DNA from: Chthonomonas calidirosea
Lineage (GTDB): Bacteria; Armatimonadota; Fimbriimonadia; Fimbriimonadales; Fimbriimonadaceae
Reading direction: 5' to 3'
Assembly (NCBI GenBank): GCA_945859975.1
Contig: CAMAPH010000001.1
Location: 1 to 64,000, forward strand
DNA: 64,000 nucleotides
The notes beneath the pieces were generated by a model. It searched no databases, was not told the origin of the DNA, and saw only the letters and a list, made by a program, of their open reading frames with translations. This document shows positions 1 to 8,247 of this stretch, one piece after another; position 1 is the first letter of the stretch; each line of letters starts with the position of its first letter. Made by a program: the position numbers and the translations under genes.

Positions 1-107
1 AAACCCAAGCGTTTCACCGCTTCAACGATCAGCTCCCCTTTCGGAACCTGAATCGCCACGTCATTGACGGTGATGTTGACCATTGGAATCTCGGAGATCG
101 CAGCCAT
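1..107 (-). CDS. nuoG: NADH-quinone oxidoreductase subunit G-like protein, 5' end only (runs off window)
   Basis: Reverse strand reads MAAISEIPMVNITVNDVAIQVPKGELIVEAVKRLG, typical of the N-terminal 2Fe-2S domain of NuoG and related molybdopterin-family subunits; an in-frame ATG also exists at 116. Confidence 0.7.
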   Translation of the reverse strand, partial: MAAISEIPMVNITVNDVAIQVPKGELIVEAVKRLG

Positions 108-164
108 AAGAGACATTCCTATTCTAGCTTCTATCGCCTCCCGCCGACGTGCGTTCGCGTTCCG

Positions 165-490
165 GCAGCCGAAATCTCAGAGCCCCTTCTCCGTTCCGAC
201 GGAGAAGGGGACGGGGGATGAGGAAACGCGCAGCCGAAACATACAAGTTCGAGCCCCCTCCTTTCGCTTCCAGCGAGAGGAGGGGGGTGGGGGTGGAGAG
301 CCGTCCAGCAGAAATCTCCGCCCGAGTCCAAAAACAATCCCGATCGCCCGGAACGCAGCCGAAACCCTCGTGAGCCCCTTCTCCATTCCGATGGAGAAGG
401 GGTCGGGGGATGAGGATACGAACAGCCGAAACTTTCGATCTCGAGCCCTCTCCTCTCGCTTCCGAGCGAGAGGCAGGGGGTGGAGAGCCG
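165..490. repeat. Tandem array of paired GC-rich hairpin repeats (A-B-A-B, ~190 bp period)
   Basis: Unit A GAGCCCCTTCTCC(G/A)TTCCGA(C/T)GGAGAAGGGG..GGGGGATGAGG at 180-223 and 372-415; unit B GAGCCCCCTCCTTTCGC..GCGAGAGGAGGGGG at 251-300 and a degenerate copy at 443-487; each unit is preceded by CAGCCGAAA. Confidence 0.9.
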
Positions 491-533
491 CCGAGCAAAA
501 ACCCTCGCCTCAATCCCAATCTATCGCCTAGCT

Positions 534-770
534 TCAGTTAACCGAAGACTTTTTCACATTGCGCGCTCTCATAGCCCGAATTAACTGGACTATAGTGAAG
601 ATTAGCGATAGGGATAAGCCACCAACGGCGATCATCCCTAAGGTCCGCTCCGTTAGTTTCTTATTGTCGTTAACATGAACAACAAAGACAAAGACTGACC
701 AAGCAAAAATTGAGACTAGGTTATATAACAAAGTCTCTATTCGTAGCCTTATCGCTTCCTTTTCAATCAT
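534..770 (-). CDS. Small two-TM membrane protein, candidate orphan immunity protein
   Basis: 78 aa, two hydrophobic segments, visibly AT-rich; its ATG overlaps (ATGA) the stop of an upstream toxin-tail remnant. Confidence 0.65.
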   Translation of the reverse strand: MIEKEAIRLRIETLLYNLVSIFAWSVFVFVVHVNDNKKLTERTLGMIAVGGLSLSLIFTIVQLIRAMRARNVKKSSVN

Positions 771-965
771 AGGTTAGCGTCCTGCACAAGAAGTTCACCC
801 AGCACCATCGACGAGTCCCCGGTCTCAGCATCGCCCCCAAAGGGTCATAGGCCCGGCGAGAGGTCAAAGTAAACCCACCCGCACCATCACGCAACAAACA
901 TGCCGTCATGTTCCCGTGACTATCGTACACTGGAAACCGCACCGAAGTCGCCGATCCGGTCTTAA
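767..965 (-). pseudogene. RHS core fragment fused to a remnant toxin C-terminus (internally deleted orphan module)
   Basis: ~830-965 is a near-identical copy of ~1985-2120 (KTGSATSVRFPVYDxHGNMTACLLRDGAGGFTLTSRRAYDPxG); a short tail DAETGDSSMVLGELLVQDANL* in another frame ends at 767-769. Confidence 0.8.
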
Positions 966-1066
966 TGCCCACCTTGTCAAAAGAAGACTACTACAGTTTG
1001 TTTCCGAACTACTATCGTCACTTATCCTTATCTTATAACCACAAAAGAACACACAACCTAACGTTT

Positions 1067-1396
1067 CTAAATTTGTTTTTGTAAATCCATTAACGTATGC
1101 TCTGCAATTTGCAGCTCAACTTGTGCCTCCTCGAACAAGAGTTCAAGCGTGCAACTATCTCGTTCTTTGCCAATCTGGGCTCTTTTCATCGCGAGGGCGG
1201 CGCGATCGGTACCAAGTGGGCGCGGTAAAGTCACTGTTGACGCCGCAACCATAAGCCTTGCTCGCATCCCTGCGAGCGGAATCAAAACTTCACGGGCTAA
1301 AACACTGGCAAATGCGGGATTATCTCCAATAAATTCACAAGTTCTTCTTATCAGAAGATCAATATCCCCAACGTGCTTCCAACTCTCTTCTGACAT
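1067..1396 (-). CDS. Helical hypothetical protein, candidate cognate immunity protein of the upstream RHS-CT
   Basis: 109 aa, AT-richer than the flanks; ATG lies 2 nt after the TAA (1399-1401) of the reconstructed toxin frame. Confidence 0.65.
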   Translation of the reverse strand: MSEESWKHVGDIDLLIRRTCEFIGDNPAFASVLAREVLIPLAGMRARLMVAASTVTLPRPLGTDRAALAMKRAQIGKERDSCTLELLFEEAQVELQIAEHTLMDLQKQI

Positions 1397-1398
1397 GG

Positions 1399-2205
1399 TT
1401 ATAGTCCGCGTCCTAGAATATTGATAATTATTCCGAGTTCCATCTGCGCATTGTAAATTCGGCCCACAATCACGTCCACCTTGCTCATTCCTTGAGCACC
1501 TCTCTCACCTTGGATCATTTCAATTCTCTGACGATTTCGCTCAGCGTCCGGGTCTTTGATCATCTCGCCTTAAAAAAAAAGCAATGTTTACTTCTAGCCG
1601 AATTATCTCAGATTGTGCAAGTCCAACATATGTTTGAAGCGCAGCTATTAACTGCCTTATGCGGTAGATTGCAGCCGGTCCACTAGACATCACCATCACT
1701 TGATGAAACTCGACCATGAGATTATTCATCTCTGCGAAGAACGAAGTTTTACCGTTTCGATCAAATCGGTTTACTGGATCATTCCCGCAATAAGCGAACC
1801 AGTTTCCCCCATCCATAGCCGGATCCTCGCTAATAAACCTCCCACTCCCCGGCTCGTAATACCTCGCCCGCATGTAGTACAGGCCCGAGTCGTCATCCTG
1901 CTGGTGACCCAACGATCCTACGTAACGGTTAGAAGGCGCGCCCTGGTAAGCCGAAGCCCCGCTCGGATGAGTGCCCCACTGGCGCCTCGCCCCCCAAGGG
2001 TCGTACGCCCGGCGAGAGGTCAAAGTAAACCCACCCGCTCCATCACGCAACAAACATGCCGTCATGTTCCCGTGACCATCGTACACCGGAAACCGAACCG
2101 AAGTCGCCGATCCGGTCTTAAAGACCTCCACATAATCAATCCCCCGAGCCCCAAGCCCGTTTCGAACGATCTCTGTATAAGCACCCCGCGTCGGACCGTT
2201 CGAGA
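1399..2205 (-). pseudogene. Orphan RHS repeat-associated core plus variable C-terminal (toxin) domain, frameshifted
   Basis: Core motif GLYYMRARYYEPGSGRFISEDP...NWFAYCGNDPVNRFDRNG; no credible start codon; frame broken at the T9 run (A9 at 1572-1580), after which another frame continues GEMIKDPDAER...ILGRGL* to 1399. Confidence 0.85.
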
Positions 2206-2221
2206 AAGTCGCCAAATTCCT

Positions 2222-2251
2222 TTGGAGTGCGGCGGCTCTGCCGCCGCTTTT
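2222..2251. repeat. REP-like palindrome TTGGAGTGCGGCGGC-TCT-GCCGCCGCTTTT
   Basis: Perfect 8-bp stem (2229-2236/2240-2247) with a GGAGT lead-in, resembling REP elements of RAYT-associated families. Confidence 0.6.
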
Positions 2252-2301
2252 GGCGGTCGGAGCCACTAACCAACCTGCAGTTCACAAACCCAATCCGAAT
2301 A

Positions 2302-2526
2302 CAGCCAAAACCCGCGTGAGCCCCTTCTCCATTCCGATGGAGAAGGGGACGGGGGATGAGGACCCGCATAGCCAAAACAAGCGAGCTCGAGCCCCCTTCT
2401 TTCGCCTCCAGCGAGAGAAGGGGGTTGGGGGAAGAGAGACGACCAGCAGAAATCCCCGCCTAAACCCTCAACAAATACGAACTTCCGAACAAACCCGAAC
2501 GCAGCCGAAAACCGCGCGAGCCCCTT
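2302..2526. repeat. Third copy of the A-B hairpin repeat unit plus a truncated fourth A unit
   Basis: Unit A at 2318-2361, unit B at 2389-2438, truncated GAGCCCCTT ending ~2526. Confidence 0.85.
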
Positions 2527-2536
2527 GCAATTCAGG

Positions 2537-2584
2537 GCCATACAAGGCAACACAAAGCCACGCAAGGCGCGATGCTCAAAGCGC
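2537..2584. repeat. 10-bp-period repeat array with conserved tail (copy 1)
   Basis: GCCATACAAG-GCAACACAAA-GCCACGCAAG-GCGCGATGCTCAAAGCGC; matches 4290-4337. Confidence 0.8.
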
Positions 2585-2593
2585 CGCACCCAA

Positions 2594-2971
2594 TCACGTC
2601 TTCCCAACGTAAACCTCCACAACCTTATCCTCCTCAACATAAACCAACACCATCGTCAGCATCCGGCTGTAAGACCAAACCGAACCCCGAGCCACCGAAA
2701 TCTCCTTAGGAACAAACGACACCCGAACATCCGATCGAACCGACCGATTGAACACCGCGGCCGGATGAACCTCATCCGGCGCTCCCAACTTGCTTCGAAC
2801 TTCCTGGCTCCGCTTCCCCACCAACCCCTTCGCCGTCCGCTCGAAATCCGAAGTGTCGTAATGCTTGAGAAACCAAAAGCACACCGCTCCACCCACGGCA
2901 ATGACAATGAGCCCAGAAACGAAGTTCCCGAACTGAGAACGCTTGAGCTTGTCCGATGGTATAGCTTTCAT
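2594..2971 (-). CDS. Membrane-anchored protein with SmpA/OmlA (BamE/BLIP-like) domain
   Basis: Start re-called at MKAIPSDK; one TM segment, then G...EVRSKLGAPD...WSY...VLVYVEEDKVV pattern. Confidence 0.6.
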   Translation of the reverse strand: MKAIPSDKLKRSQFGNFVSGLIVIAVGGAVCFWFLKHYDTSDFERTAKGLVGKRSQEVRSKLGAPDEVHPAAVFNRSVRSDVRVSFVPKEISVARGSVWSYSRMLTMVLVYVEEDKVVEVYVGKT

Positions 2972-2999
2972 TCTCGCCTTCTTTGTCCCCCAAATCGAC

Positions 3000-3569
3000 T
3001 CACTCAAGTCCCAATATGCAGCGCTTTGCCACATTCGCACGTGAGGAAACTGTATCCCCGAACGGCCAAGTAACTCGGTGATCATCGTAAAGCGGCTTGA
3101 GTAAGGCAAGATCCCGCTTGTGGCCAAAGAAGCAGAGCCAGTCAGACGCAAAGAACCGAACATTCGGATCGCTCGACCGAAGCATTCTCCGAATGAACGG
3201 CCGAGCCCGAAGCACCCGGCAGTCAAAGAGCACCTCAAGCAACGCCAGCGCGGGCTCTTGTTCGAGCGCGTCGAATCGCTCCGTCAAACGCAACAGAAAC
3301 CGCTTGACGATTCTTGACCGATTTCCAGGTACCCAACGAAGGTCAAAGAGGAAGGTCGCCTGATCCTCAGCGGAGCGCTTGAGAAATGCCGAAACGTTCA
3401 ACTGTGATCGGAGTGTCGTCGAAACGCCTTGTGCCATGTCCATCCTGCCCGCAAACTAAGACACGATTACCAACAGCCCGGCCGAATGTCCTGAGATCGG
3501 CTTCGGATTCCAGTTGGGCCGCTCCGATTGCGAAGCAAGTGTTAGCATTAACAAGCCGGATGTCATCAT
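3000..3569 (-). pseudogene. Exported HEAT-repeat-like protein interrupted by an in-frame TAG
   Basis: AAGGAGAG RBS 8 nt before ATG 3569, signal-like MMTSGLLMLTLASQ, in-frame TAG at 3456-3458, then the 147-aa ORF with a HEAT-like segment (IRRMLRSSDPNVRFFASDWLCFFG). Confidence 0.6.
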
Positions 3570-3634
3570 GGCATCAACTCTCCTTGGTCATAACACCTAA
3601 TCAGCTTGCGGCTCCGTATTTTCAACTGGCCTCA

Positions 3635-3931
3635 TTAGGTACGCGCCGACAATGAAGAGAACGCAATAACTGACGAATCCTCTGGCCGCAGGAACATCAC
3701 CGCTAAACATCCGTAAACAAAAACTGGCCAAAGAACGTCCCGACCAAAGTGTTTCACCAACTCGTCTTGTCCAGGGCGGCGATCGCCTCTAAAGCTTGAG
3801 GCGCTAATCAAGCACAGAACGGTCGGAACCGAGGAACTGGACACGATGCCCTCTGTCAACCGGAGCCAATAAACGGTGGAAAGCACTGTAACGTGCAGCA
3901 CTGCTCCAATCCAGTAATGTAACGAGGTCAT
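3635..3931 (-). CDS. Small membrane hypothetical protein
   Basis: 98 aa with 2-3 hydrophobic segments, same orientation as neighbouring orphans. Confidence 0.45.
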   Translation of the reverse strand: MTSLHYWIGAVLHVTVLSTVYWLRLTEGIVSSSSVPTVLCLISASSFRGDRRPGQDELVKHFGRDVLWPVFVYGCLAVMFLRPEDSSVIAFSSLSART

Positions 3932-4182
3932 GATGCCGTTGCTCCCACGTGCGTAGGCTTATTCTAATCCGAGAACAGCCTGATTCGGAACCTTTTCTCG
4001 TCAGTCTGCTTCCTCACCCCAACTCTATCTCGAGTCCGACGCGCGGCGCATCACTAGGGACACCAGACTGGCCGAGAAACCACGACCACAACGACCGCCC
4101 GCTCCCGGCCACCAGAATACAAAATCCGAAAATCATTGGTTGACTTTCCGCCATCAAGAACCCAATAGACTGGGACGGCCCC

Positions 4183-4337
4183 GCCACGCAAAGCCACTCA
4201 AGGCCATGCAGAGCCACCAAAGCGCCCCCTAAAACGGCGTAATTAATTAATCCGGCTAGGGGGGAGCATTAATTACACCGACCACCCAGGCCACGCAAAG
4301 CCAAGCAAGGCCACCCAAAGCGCGAAGCTCAAAGCGC
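4183..4337. repeat. Composite site: 10-bp array / 13-bp inverted repeat / 10-bp array
   Basis: GCCAnnCAAR-type units at 4183-4225 and 4290-4319 plus tail to 4337; CGGCGTAATTAAT (4235-4247) and ATTAATTACACCG (4268-4280) are 12/13 complementary. Confidence 0.8.
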
Positions 4338-4355
4338 ACGCCATCATGAGAAGTC

Positions 4356-4931
4356 ATGGCGGGCCGCACGACGATGAATCCGAGAACCATTCTCTGGTCG
4401 TCCGTCATCGTCCTCTCCGTCGCCGGGACCATCTTCGCCGGATTCTTGCTCAGCCGAAGCCAGGCCCAGCAGTCCGAGGTCGGAAAGCTCCGCCGAATCT
4501 TCGTCGCTTGGCAGCTCTATCGGGAGGATCACGACGGCGTCATGTCGCCGAACCTCAACGTGCTCCGCTACCGACTCGCCGACGACGCCGACCTGATCGC
4601 CAACGACGACCCGGACCGAAAAGGGCAATCGCCCTTCCCGATGGACCCGGCCCTCGGAGCCGCATCGGGCAGCTCCGAAGTCCGGATCAGCTACCCGTAC
4701 GTCGGAGCCTTCGCCATGGCCGGAAAGCTGTCCGATCGAATTGAGCAAATCTTCGAAAAGCCGAAACTCGGCCTTATCACCAATCCTTGGATCGGAGCCG
4801 TCGACCCAAAGGCCAAAACCTTCGACGGCCCGTTCCTCAGGCTAAACGCCTTCGGCTCGGTGCGAACGGTCCCTGCCAAAGGCAAGCAAAGACCGTTCGC
4901 CGACCCGAAGCGGCACTTCTTCGAACCTTAA
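4356..4931 (+). CDS. Pilin-like (DUF1559-related) membrane-anchored protein without canonical prepilin motif
   Basis: N-terminal TM, then KLRRIFVAWQLYREDHDG, similar to [19 protein letters not shown] of the 51326 pilin; the start may be the second ATG (MNPRT). Confidence 0.55.
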   Translation: MAGRTTMNPRTILWSSVIVLSVAGTIFAGFLLSRSQAQQSEVGKLRRIFVAWQLYREDHDGVMSPNLNVLRYRLADDADLIANDDPDRKGQSPFPMDPALGAASGSSEVRISYPYVGAFAMAGKLSDRIEQIFEKPKLGLITNPWIGAVDPKAKTFDGPFLRLNAFGSVRTVPAKGKQRPFADPKRHFFEP

Positions 4932-5938
4932 CCGCGCCGCTTCTTTCGAACCGTCCGCTTTGTTGGCTTCTTCGCCACCGGCGCCGCAACCGCGGGCTGC
5001 GAAGGTGAAACGGAATGCACCACCAGGCTGCCGCCAACGTTCGTGCTCAAGAAGAACGCACCGTCGCCGGAGAAGCAAATCGGCGACCCGACCGAGTTCT
5101 GATCGTTCAAAACCGCCACCTTCTGGAAGGTCGTCGAATTCCAAACGATCACGCTGCGATCTGTCGAGCTCGTGGCAATAAATCGCCCACTCGGCGACCA
5201 AGTCGCATTCGTGACCCAGTCCTTGTGCCCCATCAACCGGGCCAGTCGAACGCGAGACTTAGCATCCCAAACCATGCTAACTCCGTCCCGACCGGTGGTC
5301 ACAAACCGCGTACCGTTCTTGTTGTACGAAACGTCGAAGGTCCCTTCATTCGCGGGCTGACTCAAAATGCCAACCACCGCCCCGGTCTTCGCATCATAAA
5401 CCCGACCGACGTCGCCCAGAATCCCGGTCGCAATCAGGTTCGCCGAAGCCGGATTGAACTCGCCGCCATAAAGGTTGGAGCCCTTCCCAAGGATCTCCCG
5501 CTCTTCCTTCGGCGTATTCAGCCCCAGGTCCTGAATGTCAATCGCGTCGTCTTTGCCAACGCTCGCAAGCAGCGTCCGACCGACGTTAAAGCTCACCTTC
5601 TGAATCCCGCGCGTATGGCTTCGGTACTCCTGCACCTTCGCGCCCGTCCGTGCATCTTCAATGAAGACTCGCCCCGTCTCGTCGCCGGTCGCAATCCAAA
5701 CGCCGTCCCGACTCCAAGCCGCCGCATAAGCCGGCCCCGGATGCTTCGCCAACTTCCGCACCGTCTGCCGAGTCTTGGCATCGATAATCTGCACCGAGCC
5801 ATCCTCCAAGCACAGCACCACCTGCGTCCCCTGCGGCGCCGGAGCCATCGCCACCGGCCGCACCCCTTCCGAAACCTTCACCACCGAAATAGAAACACTC
5901 GGCGCCTGGCCCACTAGCATCATTGCTGAAAAAATCAT
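4928..5938 (-). CDS. Exported WD40-repeat beta-propeller protein
   Basis: Multiple GH...W-S-P-x-G...WD/WN repeats; short signal peptide; GGAGG RBS; basic C-terminal tail. Confidence 0.9.
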   Translation of the reverse strand: MIFSAMMLVGQAPSVSISVVKVSEGVRPVAMAPAPQGTQVVLCLEDGSVQIIDAKTRQTVRKLAKHPGPAYAAAWSRDGVWIATGDETGRVFIEDARTGAKVQEYRSHTRGIQKVSFNVGRTLLASVGKDDAIDIQDLGLNTPKEEREILGKGSNLYGGEFNPASANLIATGILGDVGRVYDAKTGAVVGILSQPANEGTFDVSYNKNGTRFVTTGRDGVSMVWDAKSRVRLARLMGHKDWVTNATWSPSGRFIATSSTDRSVIVWNSTTFQKVAVLNDQNSVGSPICFSGDGAFFLSTNVGGSLVVHSVSPSQPAVAAPVAKKPTKRTVRKKRRG

Positions 5939-6003
5939 CGTTCCTCCATGACAATGGATATAGACGCTTGTAAGATTCGCAAGTTAGCGGTCTAATACGC
6001 TGT

Positions 6004-8247
6004 ATGAGCGCACAACCGCTTCTCTCGGGCTGGACCGTGGACTATGGCGACGGCCCGCAGGCCATCACCATCCCGCATGCATGGAACGAAGACCTGCCCG
6101 TGTTCGATGAAGGCCCGGTTGTGTACGAGCTCGAGCTGACCATTCCGCCGGACGCCCAAGTCCTCCGCTTCCACGGCGTCAGCTACGCCGCGGACGTCCT
6201 CATCAACCGCGAAGTCGTCACCCGCCACCGCGGCATCTGGGACGCCTGGGAAGTGCCGATCGAGAAGTACCAAGGCCAAAGCGTTCTCCTAAGCGTCCGC
6301 GTCACCAAAAACGGCGGTCTCAACTACCCGGTCGAAGAAGCCGCCAGCGGCTTCCTGCCCTACGTCTTCCACACCTTCGGCGGCATCTTCCGCGAAGTCG
6401 AAATCGACACCGAGCCCGCCACCGCCTACGCCGTGCCCACCAGCCGAGCATCCGTAGACGGCCCGCACATCCTCGTCGACGGAGCCCCCTTCTACATGCG
6501 CGGCATCCTCCATTGGGGTTGGTATCCCGAACTCGGCCATCCAAACCCGCCCGAAGCCACCATCCGCGCCGAGCTTGAGCAAATCCGCTCCTTCGGCTTC
6601 AACACCGTCAAGTTCTGCCTCTGGGCCCCGCCCCACCGCTACCTCGACCTGCTCGCCGAATACGGCCTCGTCGGCTGGCTCGAACTCCCGCTCTGGAACC
6701 CATCCAGCCAACCCGAGCGCCTCGGCCAAATCCGAACGGAACTCGAAGCCATCGTCCGCCAATACGCCCCCCACTCGTCCATCATCGCCTGGACCATCGG
6801 CTGCGAACTCGGCGAAGGCATCCCGGTCGAGTTCCGCCAAGAGCTGGTCGAACTCGTCCAGAAAACCACCGGCTGCCCCCTCGTCCGCGACAACTCCGGC
6901 GGCGCCGAAATGTACGGCGGCGACCTCCGCGAGTTCGGAACTTTCGACGACTTCCACCCCTACTGCGACGCCCAGTTCTTCCCAAGCGTGCTCGACTGCC
7001 TGAACACCGGAAACCACGGCGAACGCCCAACCCTCCTCGGCGAAACCAACGACACCGACGTCCACCGCAATCTAGAAGCCCTCCGAAAAGTGGACCCATT
7101 CTGGGCCAGCGGCGACGTCAACCGAAACGCAAAAGGCGTCCGCTGGCAATACGACCTACCGCACTTCCTCACCAAAAACCGTTTCGCCACCGCCCCCACC
7201 GAAAACCGCCACTTCCGGCTCATGGAATCCAGCCGCCAAAAGGCGCTGTTCGTGCGAAAAGCCGTCACCGAACACGTCCGCGCCCGGCCGGACTTTTCAG
7301 GCTACGTCATCACTGGGCTGCGAGACACCCCAATTTCGACGGCTGGCTTCATGGATGACTGGAACGCCGCCAGATTCGATCCGGGCGAAATCGAGACCTG
7401 GAACTCGACCGATGTCTTCTACCAAATCCCCGTCCGTCGTCCAAGCTGGAAGCACGGCGGAAATCGCCCCGGCTACGCCGATTCTCGAAACCACTTTGTC
7501 GGGCGAATCCTTCTGAAGGTCGGCCTGGCCGTTGAGCAGGGCAAAACCGTCGAAATCCGCTGGAGCATCGTGAGCTCCGAAGGCATCATCGTGGCGGAAG
7601 GGCGCGGCGAAACGGTATCCATTCCAAGGCTCTCTGCGCGAAAGGTCGCCGAAATCCACTGGCAATGCGATCAGCCCGGCGAGTTCACGTTGGTCGTCGA
7701 AGCCCCAGGCATCCGCAATGCCTGGCCCATCTGGGTCCTCACTCGACCCAACTTCGAAGGCTGGACGATCCACGACCCGGCAGAAGTCCTCACCGATCTG
7801 ACCGGAACGCCAGACGGCGTGGGTCGAATCTCCACCCGGTTCCGCCCGGAAAGCCGTCCCTCGATCCAGTTCCTCCTGGACGACGCCAGCCTTCCCGCGC
7901 CGTTCTGGCGAGAATCGGCCTACGAGTTCTTCGATGCCGAGTTTTGGCAAGATCTCGGGTTTGCGGAACGATGGGAGCGCCTGATGCCCATCTCATGCGA
8001 TCGGGTGATCGACATTGACTACATCGCAAAATTCTGGGGTCGTGATTACCAGGTTCTCATGAACCGAGTGGACGTTCGAACCTACGAAGAAGCCCCCGTT
8101 CTCGTGCGCTATCCGCACGGCTACGTTACGACTTTGCGCCCATTTGGCGGACTAGGCAAACAACCGCAAGGCGTCACCAACAACCCGGCCGGCTCTCGTT
8201 TCTTGAGCCGACTAATGCACTTGCGCTACTTAGGCGCAACACCGTAG
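6004..8247 (+). CDS. Glycoside hydrolase family 2-like protein
   Basis: GH2 sugar-binding N-domain (LRFHGVSYAADVLIN), GFNTVKF, DLLAEYGLVGWLE, HSSIIAWTIGCE catalytic region. Confidence 0.85.
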   Translation: MSAQPLLSGWTVDYGDGPQAITIPHAWNEDLPVFDEGPVVYELELTIPPDAQVLRFHGVSYAADVLINREVVTRHRGIWDAWEVPIEKYQGQSVLLSVRVTKNGGLNYPVEEAASGFLPYVFHTFGGIFREVEIDTEPATAYAVPTSRASVDGPHILVDGAPFYMRGILHWGWYPELGHPNPPEATIRAELEQIRSFGFNTVKFCLWAPPHRYLDLLAEYGLVGWLELPLWNPSSQPERLGQIRTELEAIVRQYAPHSSIIAWTIGCELGEGIPVEFRQELVELVQKTTGCPLVRDNSGGAEMYGGDLREFGTFDDFHPYCDAQFFPSVLDCLNTGNHGERPTLLGETNDTDVHRNLEALRKVDPFWASGDVNRNAKGVRWQYDLPHFLTKNRFATAPTENRHFRLMESSRQKALFVRKAVTEHVRARPDFSGYVITGLRDTPISTAGFMDDWNAARFDPGEIETWNSTDVFYQIPVRRPSWKHGGNRPGYADSRNHFVGRILLKVGLAVEQGKTVEIRWSIVSSEGIIVAEGRGETVSIPRLSARKVAEIHWQCDQPGEFTLVVEAPGIRNAWPIWVLTRPNFEGWTIHDPAEVLTDLTGTPDGVGRISTRFRPESRPSIQFLLDDASLPAPFWRESAYEFFDAEFWQDLGFAERWERLMPISCDRVIDIDYIAKFWGRDYQVLMNRVDVRTYEEAPVLVRYPHGYVTTLRPFGGLGKQPQGVTNNPAGSRFLSRLMHLRYLGATP

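Noticed and set aside
165..490. CRISPR array
   Set aside because: Units are 45-50 bp alternating hairpins with conserved rather than unique spacers, few copies, and no cas genes
64..531. ORFs of 155 aa (+) and 131 aa (-), and similar ORFs at 2250-2640
   Set aside because: Translations of the GC-rich repeat units; no protein-like signal
2206..2266. Called start (MAPTAKSGGRAAALQR) of the RHS ORF
   Set aside because: This peptide is the translation of the REP-like palindrome, not part of the RHS core
534..4220. Integron cassette array
   Set aside because: Genes are co-oriented, but no RYYYAAC...GTTRRRY attC pattern follows each gene and no integrase is present
4014..4220. 68-aa ORF as a real gene
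   Set aside because: Its start lies inside the decamer repeat array; it has no RBS or motif and is possibly a gene remnant
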